A stretch of DNA of 64,000 nt. Source: a virus. Location: the IMG/VR virus record IMGVR_UViG_3300043444_000196, positions 3,499-67,498 of that record; one strand, 5' to 3'. A program made the translations under genes and the position numbers. The notes beneath the pieces were generated by a model. That model was not told where the DNA came from, ran no database searches, and saw only the letters and a program-made list of their open reading frames with translations. Of the stretch, positions 9,553 through 18,155 are shown in pieces. Position 1 is the stretch's first letter; the number at the start of each line of letters is the position of its first letter.

Positions 9553-10023
9553 ATGAAGCTGACCAAGCTACACAAAGAAGCAATCGTTCGCGCCATCATG
9601 AACGATGTGCCAAAGCCAGACAAAGCCAAGCGGCGCATGGAGGTCGTTAAGGCAATCATCAAGGCCATGAGCCCAGAGTGCCGCAAGGTGTATCTCAAGA
9701 CGCCGAGTGCACTCGCTACGCAATACGTCGGAGACCTTACCTACGACGGCGTCTATGAACACCGGCAAGTACCGAAGGGAGATGTGCCCGCAACCAAGAT
9801 CGACGAGATTCTCAAGCCCTACCAAGAGGAAGACACCGCACGCGAGCACGCCAGCAGGCGGCTGCGCCTCGCCATCGACGGGTGCAGTACGCTCAAGCAA
9901 CTGCAGACCGCACTGCCCGAGTTCAAGAAGTACTACCCCACTGAGATGGAACCGACCAAGAACCTGCCAGCACTGGCAAACGTCGTAGCCGATCTGAGCA
10001 AGCTCGGCTGGCCCAAGAAGTAA
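9553..10023 (+). CDS. Nmad5-like protein
   Basis: MKLTK..AIV N-terminus and TLKQLQTALPEF..P..NLPA C-terminus resemble Nmad5; GGAG RBS. Confidence 0.55.
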   Translation: MKLTKLHKEAIVRAIMNDVPKPDKAKRRMEVVKAIIKAMSPECRKVYLKTPSALATQYVGDLTYDGVYEHRQVPKGDVPATKIDEILKPYQEEDTAREHASRRLRLAIDGCSTLKQLQTALPEFKKYYPTEMEPTKNLPALANVVADLSKLGWPKK

Positions 10024-10033
10024 GGAGAACAAA

Positions 10034-10555
10034 ATGCCTGATATTCAATCTGAACTGAGCAAAGTCATCAGCGCATGGGAAACCCCCGCTGCACCGGCGC
10101 CCACTGGCCGCAAGTTTTTCACGGCGACGAACAACGTGACTCGCGCCACGTTTGATTACGTCAAAGCACACCCCGGCCTTACACGAATTGATGTGGCCAA
10201 TGCGTTGGACTCGCAAGGGTACAAGAAGTCTTCCACGACTTCGATCTTGGGCCAGATGCTCAAGCAAGGGCTGATGCGAACCGAAGGTGGTGGCCTGTTC
10301 ACTACGCAATCGCAATACACGCCGCTCAAGACAAGCAAGCTCGCTGCAGTGCGTAAAGCCACTGCGCACCCCAAGCGCAAGTACGTGAGAAAAAATGCAG
10401 CTGCTAAAGCCGCTGCCTACGAAGCCCATGAGAACTACAACCCTACGGCGCTCGGCAACCAACCGACCGAGTTCAACGCCGAAGAGTTTGTGAACTCACT
10501 CACACTCAAGCAGGCCAAGGCGGTGTTTGAAGAACTCAAGAAAGTGTTTGGGTAA
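10034..10555 (+). CDS. Putative winged-helix DNA-binding protein
   Basis: FDYVKAHPGLTRIDVANAL...SILGQMLKQGLM pattern; AAGGAG RBS. Confidence 0.6.
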   Translation: MPDIQSELSKVISAWETPAAPAPTGRKFFTATNNVTRATFDYVKAHPGLTRIDVANALDSQGYKKSSTTSILGQMLKQGLMRTEGGGLFTTQSQYTPLKTSKLAAVRKATAHPKRKYVRKNAAAKAAAYEAHENYNPTALGNQPTEFNAEEFVNSLTLKQAKAVFEELKKVFG

Positions 10556-10559
10556 ACCT

Positions 10560-10736
10560 ATGGACTACGGTCTCTGGCAGATTTTTATCACCTTGATTGG
10601 CATGGTCTTCATGATTGCGCTGATCGTAGGAATTGTCGGCGGCATCATCACGTACTTGCTGACGTTCGTACCAAAGAGCAATTGCAACGGTGACTGCGAA
10701 CAAGGCAGGCGCTGTACGTGCGAGGAAAAGAAATGA
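10560..10736 (+). CDS. Small membrane protein with Cys-rich tail
   Basis: Long TM then CNGDCEQGRRCTC. Confidence 0.65.
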   Translation: MDYGLWQIFITLIGMVFMIALIVGIVGGIITYLLTFVPKSNCNGDCEQGRRCTCEEKK

Positions 10737-10909
10737 ACCTCTCTAATAACTACGTCGCCGTTGGCACGGCAAGCGACGAAGACAATGCACCGTGCGTCGT
10801 TATTGTCAGCAAGGGCAACTATGTGATGAGCCTGCCCGAGCACGCCGCACGTAAGCTGGCCGACGACATCCTGCGCAACGCAAACTACCTGTGGCCCGTG
10901 GAGAAATGA
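10733..10909 (+). CDS. Hypothetical protein
   Basis: GAGG RBS; ATGA overlap. Confidence 0.6.
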   Translation: MNLSNNYVAVGTASDEDNAPCVVIVSKGNYVMSLPEHAARKLADDILRNANYLWPVEK

Positions 10910-10910
10910 A

Positions 10911-11291
10911 ATGAAGAAACTGATTTTGATAAGCGCAGTGGCAGCCGCCCTTGCAGGGTGCGGTCGTGATGCTGATATTGCATCGCGCAACCTATCCCAA
11001 GCTGCGGACATGTTCGAGATCACGCGTCGTGTGGTGTTCTACAACGGCATCACTGGCGAGTACATGCTGACCATCGAGGGCCTGTGTGCACTGGGCAATC
11101 ACGACAAGAGCCGGGAGTTAACGCTCACGTGTAAGACTGGCCCTAGCTCATACAAGAAGCACTTCCTTGGCCTGTCGGATAACGTGACGTACTTTGTGGA
11201 ACAGCTCGAACCTGCGAAGGCTAGCGTGTATCACTACCGTGTGATCTTCAAACCCGCGAGCATCATCCCCGACATCGACGCACGACTGTAA
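10911..11291 (+). CDS. Phage lipoprotein
   Basis: MKK plus hydrophobic signal and LAGC lipobox. Confidence 0.85.
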   Translation: MKKLILISAVAAALAGCGRDADIASRNLSQAADMFEITRRVVFYNGITGEYMLTIEGLCALGNHDKSRELTLTCKTGPSSYKKHFLGLSDNVTYFVEQLEPAKASVYHYRVIFKPASIIPDIDARL

Positions 11292-11302
11292 GGAGAAAGA
11301 CA

Positions 11303-11599
11303 ATGGGCGTTAAACCAAAATTCAGTAAAGACCCGCTCGTAGCAACGTACCGCGATGAGCACACAACACAAGACGTGTATCGCTTCGGGGACAGTGCTGT
11401 CGTCTACCGCAAGGAAGGCTACACCAAGCCCGACACGGCGTCTGTCATCGTTGAGAACACCGGCAACGGGTACATCGCAAGGTTCCCAGCAAGTAACTGC
11501 ACAGAGCAGGACTACTACGTGTGCATGGACTACTCGCAGATGTACGACTTGATTATCGCCATGTCTGCGTTCAAAAAAGACCTTGGGTTTAGGGAGTGA
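11303..11599 (+). CDS. Hypothetical protein
   Basis: AAGGAG RBS. Confidence 0.7.
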   Translation: MGVKPKFSKDPLVATYRDEHTTQDVYRFGDSAVVYRKEGYTKPDTASVIVENTGNGYIARFPASNCTEQDYYVCMDYSQMYDLIIAMSAFKKDLGFRE

Positions 11600-11601
11600 A
11601 C

Positions 11602-12357
11602 ATGAGCATTGAAGCAATGAAGCAGGCGCTGGAGGCGTTGGAACGAGCAGAGCGAGACGGGGCGTGGAGCATCGACACAACTAAAGCCATCACCGCCCTC
11701 CGCACCGCCATTGAGCAAGCAGAGAAGCAGGAGCCTGTGTCAAATGGAAAGTTAAACGTGACCTTGCAAGATACCCCAACCGAGATTGAATTGGCGCGTT
11801 ACAAGCGGATGTTTGAGGCTGCGTGTTCTGCACTTGGCGATGTTAGTGAGGCACTTGGCTGCGACCCCAATGAAGGCGGTTCAGAGCCATTGATTGCGGC
11901 AATTGAAAGACTTAACTCGAGTTCTCGCGAGCCAATTGCTTGGATGGTTTATACGCTTGATGGCAAGTCGGTATTTGTAACAGACAACCCAACAGACTTT
12001 ACTAACGAACATCGTGCATTGCCCCTCTACACCACCCCACCCGCAGCACAGCCAGCACCTGTGCAGGAGCCTGATGAATGGCTTACCGGATGCCCTGAGT
12101 GCGGAATGGACAGCGGTTGTGATTGCGACAGCGGCACATGGAACCCACCCGCAGCACCTGTGCAAGAACACGAACCAGAGAACGAGCCTTTTGTGTCTTT
12201 GGCAAGTGTGCAAAGCGCGGAGCGCGTGGAGCCGGTGGCGCAATCACTGAAAGATGCCGTGTTCACAGTTTTGGAAGGGTTCACACTTCCTCACGATGTG
12301 CGAAAGATTCTTGAAACTGCCTACTACACCACCCCGCCCGCAGGAGAAAAGAAATGA
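11602..12357 (+). CDS. Mosaic early protein with EPV/YTTPPA modules
   Basis: EAMKQALEAL start; repeated EPV, PVQE and YTTPPA. Confidence 0.7.
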   Translation: MSIEAMKQALEALERAERDGAWSIDTTKAITALRTAIEQAEKQEPVSNGKLNVTLQDTPTEIELARYKRMFEAACSALGDVSEALGCDPNEGGSEPLIAAIERLNSSSREPIAWMVYTLDGKSVFVTDNPTDFTNEHRALPLYTTPPAAQPAPVQEPDEWLTGCPECGMDSGCDCDSGTWNPPAAPVQEHEPENEPFVSLASVQSAERVEPVAQSLKDAVFTVLEGFTLPHDVRKILETAYYTTPPAGEKK

Positions 12358-12611
12358 GCAACATCATCGGACTACCGGGGGTAGTAGCCCCAACACATGG
12401 ACCCAAGGAGGTAGTCATTGACATCCTGCGCAAGATGCTGGAAGACGCAGAGAGTGGGATGCTGCAATCCTTTTACGCCGTCGGCTTTCTCGCAGATGGC
12501 ACACGCATGACCGGCATTGCGAACACACACCCGAGCGTGTATGAAGTCGTCGGAGGCATCGAGATGCTGAAGATGGAATACATCCACAACCACACAAACT
12601 TTGATTCATGA
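12354..12611 (+). CDS. Hypothetical protein
   Basis: AGGAG RBS; ATGA overlap. Confidence 0.7.
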   Translation: MSNIIGLPGVVAPTHGPKEVVIDILRKMLEDAESGMLQSFYAVGFLADGTRMTGIANTHPSVYEVVGGIEMLKMEYIHNHTNFDS

Positions 12612-13003
12612 AGAACCCAAAACGACTAGACCCAACAGGGCGGCGCAGCATCGTCACGAAAGCACCGGGGAAGGTTAACGCTATGGCGTATGCACACCTG
12701 ATGCAGTTGCTGATGCAAGGTACCCGTACCTGCGCCGAACTCGCCGCCGATACTGGTCTGCACGTCATGACCATCTACGACTACACTTACCACCTGCACA
12801 AAGCCAACGTCATCCACATCTGTATGTGGGATGGGACTGGCAGACAGCAGACACGCATCTACATGCTGGGCGACAAGGCAGACGTACCCCGTCCGTCCAA
12901 GACCCGTCAGCAGATTGCCGAAGAATACCGCGCACGTAAGTCGGCGAAACAACTTTTACAACGTATGGCTGGAGCTACACATGACCTGCAAGTGTCACCC
13001 TGA
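12608..13003 (+). CDS. Winged-helix HTH protein
   Basis: TCAELAADTGLHVMTIYDY. Confidence 0.7.
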   Translation: MKNPKRLDPTGRRSIVTKAPGKVNAMAYAHLMQLLMQGTRTCAELAADTGLHVMTIYDYTYHLHKANVIHICMWDGTGRQQTRIYMLGDKADVPRPSKTRQQIAEEYRARKSAKQLLQRMAGATHDLQVSP

Positions 13004-13268
13004 TTCACCGTTCCTTTGGGCTGAGCATCCACGCCCAAGCATCTTTGCGAGCGACCACACATTCAGGCCTAAGTCATCCGACGGCAAGACCATTGGGCAG
13101 CTCGTAACGAGCAGACTGGATGAACGCCGCGCCAAGGGCGAGCTCGTCGGTACCGTCCCCGGCATGTCCAAGAAACGCGAGGAAGAAGTGCTGGCGTATC
13201 GTCTGTTCGGCGTGTACTCCAGAGCCAAGTCGTCTACCAAACCCCAACAGAACAAGCACGAGAAATGA
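12981..13268 (+). CDS. Hypothetical protein
   Basis: GGAG RBS before MTCKCHP. Confidence 0.6.
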   Translation: MTCKCHPDSPFLWAEHPRPSIFASDHTFRPKSSDGKTIGQLVTSRLDERRAKGELVGTVPGMSKKREEEVLAYRLFGVYSRAKSSTKPQQNKHEK

Positions 13269-13582
13269 GAACAGGACTTGTGCGGGACCTGCGTGCAATA
13301 CTACGCAGCCACCCCGACGGACTAACGGTTAGGGAACTAGCCGACATGACAGGAAGAGAAAATGGCAACGTCGCAAAGTATCTTGGCTTCATGCCAGACA
13401 CCTACATCGACAGGTGGGAAGGCCCGTCGAAGAAGTACCACGGACAATACGCCGCAGTCTGGTGCATTGTCACCCCGCCAGATAACTGCCCGCATCCAAC
13501 AAAAGATGTGGTGGCCGTTCGACCGCGTAGACGGAAAGATTTTGGTGCAGATGCACCGGTCAATAGAGAAACAAACGATTAA
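13265..13582 (+). CDS. HTH protein
   Basis: LRSHPDGLTVRELADMTG. Confidence 0.7.
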   Translation: MRTGLVRDLRAILRSHPDGLTVRELADMTGRENGNVAKYLGFMPDTYIDRWEGPSKKYHGQYAAVWCIVTPPDNCPHPTKDVVAVRPRRRKDFGADAPVNRETND

Positions 13583-13603
13583 CCAAACAGAGGAAGCATT
13601 GCT

Positions 13604-13852
13604 ATGAAAGAAGGACTCAACGGAACCACTGCCGACGACCTGCAAGTTGGCGGTCAGCACTACAAAGAGATGGGCATCCAGCCTTGGGCTGTGATGGAGG
13701 CCGTGCTCACGCCCGAGGAGTGGGTAGGTTATCTCAAAGGAAACGTAATCAAGTACGGTATGCGCCAAGGCAAAAAGGACAGTGACGACGCTAACAAGGC
13801 ACGCCACTACGCACTGAAGCTGGCGGAGGTGCAACGTGGCAGCAACGCCTGA
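13604..13852 (+). CDS. DUF3310 / T7 gp1.7-like nucleotide kinase
   Basis: QVGGQHYK, GNVIKY..R, D..KARHY. Confidence 0.85.
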   Translation: MKEGLNGTTADDLQVGGQHYKEMGIQPWAVMEAVLTPEEWVGYLKGNVIKYGMRQGKKDSDDANKARHYALKLAEVQRGSNA

Positions 13853-14225
13853 AGCCAAGGTCAAAGCTAAGATCAAGCTGACCCTGCTGAACCATGGGGC
13901 GTATCATGTGCTGCCTGTATCAAACGGTATGGGCGCGCATGGCATCCCGGACTTTCTGGTGTGTCACTGCGGACGCTTCATTGGCATTGAAGCCAAGGCC
14001 GGCACCAACCGGCCCACTGACCTGCAGATTTCTAACCTTAGACGGATTGATGAGGCCGGTGGCGTGGCGCTGGTCATCAACGAAGACAACGTGCATGAAC
14101 TTGATGGGTGGTTACATGTCCTCAAAATCAACGGAGCAGTCCAATCCAATTACCGACTTTTTGAACGCACACAAGAAGCCGATGGACCCGGAAGCGGCCC
14201 GACGCTTAAAAAACGTAGAGCGTAA
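13836..14225 (+). CDS. VRR-NUC nuclease
   Basis: TPEAKVK, GIPD, FIGIEAK, PTDLQ, GGVALVIN. Confidence 0.9.
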   Translation: MAATPEAKVKAKIKLTLLNHGAYHVLPVSNGMGAHGIPDFLVCHCGRFIGIEAKAGTNRPTDLQISNLRRIDEAGGVALVINEDNVHELDGWLHVLKINGAVQSNYRLFERTQEADGPGSGPTLKKRRA

Positions 14226-14272
14226 GCGCAAAGCGTACGCCAAGAAAACAAACATCAACTGGAGAGAAACCA

Positions 14273-14722
14273 ATGAGCAACCTACGACCCGGAGTGCAGA
14301 TACTGATCGACCAGATGGCGAACAACCCGGATGATTTTTTTGGGCCTGTTGGGGAATCCAAGGGCCTCAGCATCCGCCGCAATAAGTTTGCGACATGGGC
14401 GTCCGTCATCGAAAACGAGTTGATTCCCGGTGCTCGACTTGAACGCGAGAAAGAGGGGCGCTCGTATATCTGGTTCCTGTCCGACGAAGAAAAAGCTGCG
14501 CTGGCTGAGGCGTACACCGAGGCCCGAAAGGTGCGGTTTGATGCGGAGATCGTCTTTGCGATGGCGGATAAGCCTGTGGCGGACCCGTATGCAGACATTG
14601 GCTCGGTGTATGCGACAAATTTGGGCGCCAACATAGCCGCGGTCAACGCACAGTACACCAACAACCTGATGGCGGAAAATACGATTGGCGTGGTTGCCAG
14701 CAGCTCTAGGAACTACAAATGA
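14273..14722 (+). CDS. Hypothetical protein
   Basis: GGAG RBS; 149 aa. Confidence 0.7.
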   Translation: MSNLRPGVQILIDQMANNPDDFFGPVGESKGLSIRRNKFATWASVIENELIPGARLEREKEGRSYIWFLSDEEKAALAEAYTEARKVRFDAEIVFAMADKPVADPYADIGSVYATNLGANIAAVNAQYTNNLMAENTIGVVASSSRNYK

Positions 14723-14760
14723 AAGTTGTGTATACTACGTAAAAATCTACGGAGTAATAC

Positions 14761-15372
14761 ATGCGCCGCATTGACTTGACGGGCCAAATTTTTGGCCGGT
14801 GGACTGCCCACGAGTATCTTGGGGGGAAGCCTCAAGGTAAGTGGCGTTGTGTATGCAGTTGTGGGGAAACCCGTGCAGTAACCGGGGCGAACTTACGGTC
14901 GGGGCACTCTACGTCTTGCGGGAAGTGCACCCGGTCTGAGCATGCCAGAGCTAACGCTGGGCGTCGGAACTTTCGGGGCGAGAATAACCCACGAGCCCTG
15001 CTTGCAAAACGCAAAGTGGGCGCCGCATACATACCTTCCGATGACGTTTGGTACCGGCGTGCCGCAGGGGTATTCCACTCGGCTCGGCGCAGAGGAATCC
15101 GCGTGGGGTTCTCGACCGCTATGGAGTTTGCGTCCTATGTAAAGTCGATCGCTCCCGCCAAGTGCCCTGTATTCAACCGTCGATTTGTGGACCGTGGCGT
15201 AGGGTTTTCGCCGTGGTCCCCAAGCATAGACAAAATCGACCCCGCCAAAGGGTATGTGCGCGGCAACGTGCAGGTCATCAGCATGCTGGCAAACGCCATG
15301 AAACGGAACGCAACACCCGCGCAACTTCGGCAATTCGCCGAGTGGGTGTTATCAACAGGAGATACTAAATGA
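14761..15372 (+). CDS. Free-standing HNH-type homing endonuclease
   Basis: DLTGQIFGRWT..WRCVCSCG N-domain; CPV..SPSIDKIDPAKGYVRGNVQVIS..AN nuclease motif. Confidence 0.85.
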   Translation: MRRIDLTGQIFGRWTAHEYLGGKPQGKWRCVCSCGETRAVTGANLRSGHSTSCGKCTRSEHARANAGRRNFRGENNPRALLAKRKVGAAYIPSDDVWYRRAAGVFHSARRRGIRVGFSTAMEFASYVKSIAPAKCPVFNRRFVDRGVGFSPWSPSIDKIDPAKGYVRGNVQVISMLANAMKRNATPAQLRQFAEWVLSTGDTK

Positions 15373-17261
15373 AGGTAGTTACGTTCGACCTAGAGTGCTA
15401 TTACGATAGGGAGTACTCTTTATCGCGCCTTACTACGGAGGAATTTTGCCGATCCCCGATGTTTGAAATGATCGGCTTTGCCATCAAGGTAGACGACGGC
15501 CCCACCCAGTGGGTGCCAAAGCCCGAGTGCCGGCAGTTCCTCGAAGAGTTCGATTGGTCCGACGCCATGGTGGTGTGTCAGAACACAGCCTTCGACGGCG
15601 CTATCTTGAGCTGGCGCTACGGCGTCCAGCCTGCGGTGTGGATGGACATCATGGGCATGTCCCGCGCACTGTTCCCGCATGAGAAGTCCCACAGCCTCAA
15701 GGCGCAGGCCGAACGTCTGAAGATCGGCATCAAGGGCGACGAGGTTAACAACGCAATCGGCAAGCACTACGATGACTTCACACCAGAAGAGCTGCGGCGG
15801 TACGCAGAGTACTGCGAGCTGGACGTGTTCTTGACCTACCAGTTGTTCTTGGCCTACATGGGCCGGGAGTTCCCCAAGGTTGAGATGAAGCTCATCGACC
15901 TGACGCTGCGCATGTTCATCGAACCCGTGCTGGAGCTGGACAAGCCCATGCTGGAGCTGCACTACCAAGAGGTGGTAGACGCTAAGGAAGCGTTGCTGCA
16001 CACAGTGCGCGACAAGATGCTTGAGGGGGCCAACCCTGAGGTTGTGCATGCGGTGTACACCGACGGCATGGAGGGTATCAAGAAGCTCCTGATGTCGAAT
16101 CAAAAGTTCGCCGACGTCTTGCAGTCGCTGGGTGTAGAACCCCCGACGAAGATCAGCCCCACAACCGGCAAGCTGGCCTATGCGTTCGCCAAGACCGATG
16201 AAGCCTTTAAGGCACTGGAAGAGCACCCGGATGCGCGGGTGCAGACTATGGTTAGCGCGCGCCTCGGGACAAAATCTACCATCGAAGAGACTCGTACGCA
16301 ACGCTTTATTGGTATGGCTGGCCGAGGCAAGTTTCCTGTACCTCTGCGTTACTACGGGGCCCACTCTGGTCGCTGGTCTGGGCAAGACTCTGTAAACCTG
16401 CAGAACCTGCCGTCACGCGGTGCGAACGCAGGCAAGATCAAGAAGTCCATCAAGGCCCCCAAGGGCTACGTGGTGATCGACTGTGACTCCGCGCAGATTG
16501 AGGCCCGTACGCTGGCGTGGCTGGCCGGGCAGGACGATCTGGTGCAAGCCTTCAAGGACAAGCAAGATGTTTACAAACTCATGGCGTCGAAGATTTACGG
16601 TATCCCGGTTGAGTCAGTCGACAAGACACAGCGACAGGTTGGCAAAACTGTTGTTCTTGGAGCTGGTTACGGCGTCGGCCACAAGAAACTGCAGGCCTTC
16701 CTCAAAACTCAGGCAGGGGTTGAAGTTACGCTTGAGGAAGCCAAGCGCATTATTGACACCTACCGCAGTGCCTCCTTCAAAATCGCAGACCTCTGGGCGA
16801 AAGCGGGGCGCGCGCTCGAAGCGATGCTGACGGGCCAGTCCATGGAGATCGACGCTGTGGGGCTCATCCAAGCGGTTCCCGGCACGGTGCCTATGCTGAC
16901 GCTGCCCAGTGGGCTGCACATCCAGTACCCGGACCTCAAGGTCGTTGTCAACGACGAAGGCAAACGTGAGCTGGTCTATAAGTCCAAGGGGCTGCCGGTT
17001 AGAATTTACGGCGGGAAAGCAACCGAAAATATTTGCCAAGCGGTGGCCCGTCAGATCGTGGCGGAGCAGATGCTTCGTATTGCGAAGCGCTACAAGGTGG
17101 TGCTGACGGTGCATGACGCCATTGCGGTGATCGCCCCCGAGGATGAAGCCGAGCAGGCCCAAGCCTACGTGGAAGAGTGCATGAGCTGGAACCCCAAGTG
17201 GGCCGCTGGCCTACCCCTGTCCTGCGAATCCGGTATGGGCGCAAGCTATGGAGATTGCTGA
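15369..17261 (+). CDS. DNA polymerase family A with 3'-5' exonuclease
   Basis: DLE exo I, SGRWS, NLQNLP, motif A DSAQIEAR, motif B KTVVLGAGYG, motif C VHDA. Confidence 0.95.
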   Translation: MKVVTFDLECYYDREYSLSRLTTEEFCRSPMFEMIGFAIKVDDGPTQWVPKPECRQFLEEFDWSDAMVVCQNTAFDGAILSWRYGVQPAVWMDIMGMSRALFPHEKSHSLKAQAERLKIGIKGDEVNNAIGKHYDDFTPEELRRYAEYCELDVFLTYQLFLAYMGREFPKVEMKLIDLTLRMFIEPVLELDKPMLELHYQEVVDAKEALLHTVRDKMLEGANPEVVHAVYTDGMEGIKKLLMSNQKFADVLQSLGVEPPTKISPTTGKLAYAFAKTDEAFKALEEHPDARVQTMVSARLGTKSTIEETRTQRFIGMAGRGKFPVPLRYYGAHSGRWSGQDSVNLQNLPSRGANAGKIKKSIKAPKGYVVIDCDSAQIEARTLAWLAGQDDLVQAFKDKQDVYKLMASKIYGIPVESVDKTQRQVGKTVVLGAGYGVGHKKLQAFLKTQAGVEVTLEEAKRIIDTYRSASFKIADLWAKAGRALEAMLTGQSMEIDAVGLIQAVPGTVPMLTLPSGLHIQYPDLKVVVNDEGKRELVYKSKGLPVRIYGGKATENICQAVARQIVAEQMLRIAKRYKVVLTVHDAIAVIAPEDEAEQAQAYVEECMSWNPKWAAGLPLSCESGMGASYGDC

Positions 17262-17454
17262 GGAAGCTCTGCGGGACGATCTTGGGATGACCCTCGACGA
17301 GTTCGAGGGTGCCTACGCTATGTTCCGTGTTGGCGCCGACGTTGGGGAGCTGGCAAAGACCTTCAAGTGCAACACCATGTCGCTGAGTTGGTTCTTCATT
17401 ATGCGCGGCGCCGGGGACGACGAACGCCCCCCGCACTGGCCGGGGGTGGAGTAA
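17248..17454 (+). CDS. Small hypothetical protein
   Basis: 68-aa ORF overlapping the polymerase stop. Confidence 0.5.
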   Translation: MEIAEEALRDDLGMTLDEFEGAYAMFRVGADVGELAKTFKCNTMSLSWFFIMRGAGDDERPPHWPGVE

Positions 17455-17489
17455 ACTCGGGGTTGGCAAATCAACTCACGGTTCTTTCT

Positions 17490-18155
17490 ATGGCACTCGC
17501 ACATTCCTACTCCGCAATCAAAGACTTTGAGGGCTGCCCCCGGCGCTACAACGAAGTCCGTATTCTCAAAAAATTCAAGCAAAAAGACACAGAAGCAACC
17601 CTCTATGGAACAGCAGTACACAAAGCCTTTGAGGACTTTATCCAATCCAACACCCCACTGCCAGCAAGTTTTGAGGCGTACCGCAAATTCGTGGAACCTC
17701 TTGCTGCCCTCGACGCCGACATCCGGTGCGAGGAAAAAATGGGTATCCGAGCAGACTTTACGCCGTGTGGCTTTTTTGACAAAGACGTATGGTTCCGAGG
17801 AATCCCGGACTATCTTGCCATCTCTCGTAACGGGAAAGTGGCGCGGGTAGCAGACTACAAAACCGGCAAGTCCAGCCGCTATGCAGACACCGCACAGCTC
17901 GAACTGATGGCCGCCATGGTGTTCATCCACCACCCGGAGGTTGAGAAAGTCAAGGGTGCCCTGCTGTTCGTAGTGGTTGGCGACATCATCAAGTCTGAGT
18001 ACACTCGGGATCAACTGCCCGAAATCCTGTCGAAATGGGCCGGCAGGGCCTCAGCTATCGAGAGTGCATTGGAAGTGGGCGTCTGGAATGCCCGCAGTTC
18101 TGCCCTCTGCAAGTTCTGCCCAGTCTCTTCATGTGAGCACCATCATGGCAACTAA
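17490..18155 (+). CDS. PD-(D/E)XK Cas4/RecB-like exonuclease
   Basis: SYS..CPRRY, GTAVH, GIPD, DYKTG, QL, C-terminal CKFCPVSSC. Confidence 0.9.
   Translation: MALAHSYSAIKDFEGCPRRYNEVRILKKFKQKDTEATLYGTAVHKAFEDFIQSNTPLPASFEAYRKFVEPLAALDADIRCEEKMGIRADFTPCGFFDKDVWFRGIPDYLAISRNGKVARVADYKTGKSSRYADTAQLELMAAMVFIHHPEVEKVKGALLFVVVGDIIKSEYTRDQLPEILSKWAGRASAIESALEVGVWNARSSALCKFCPVSSCEHHHGN

Noticed and set aside
13322-13332. CTAACGGTTAG as another palindrome copy
   Set aside because: 3-nt centre and mismatched outer bases; not counted
14731-15380. Group I intron in the polymerase gene
   Set aside because: The insert is almost entirely ORF with no room for a ribozyme core, and the polymerase has its own RBS and start
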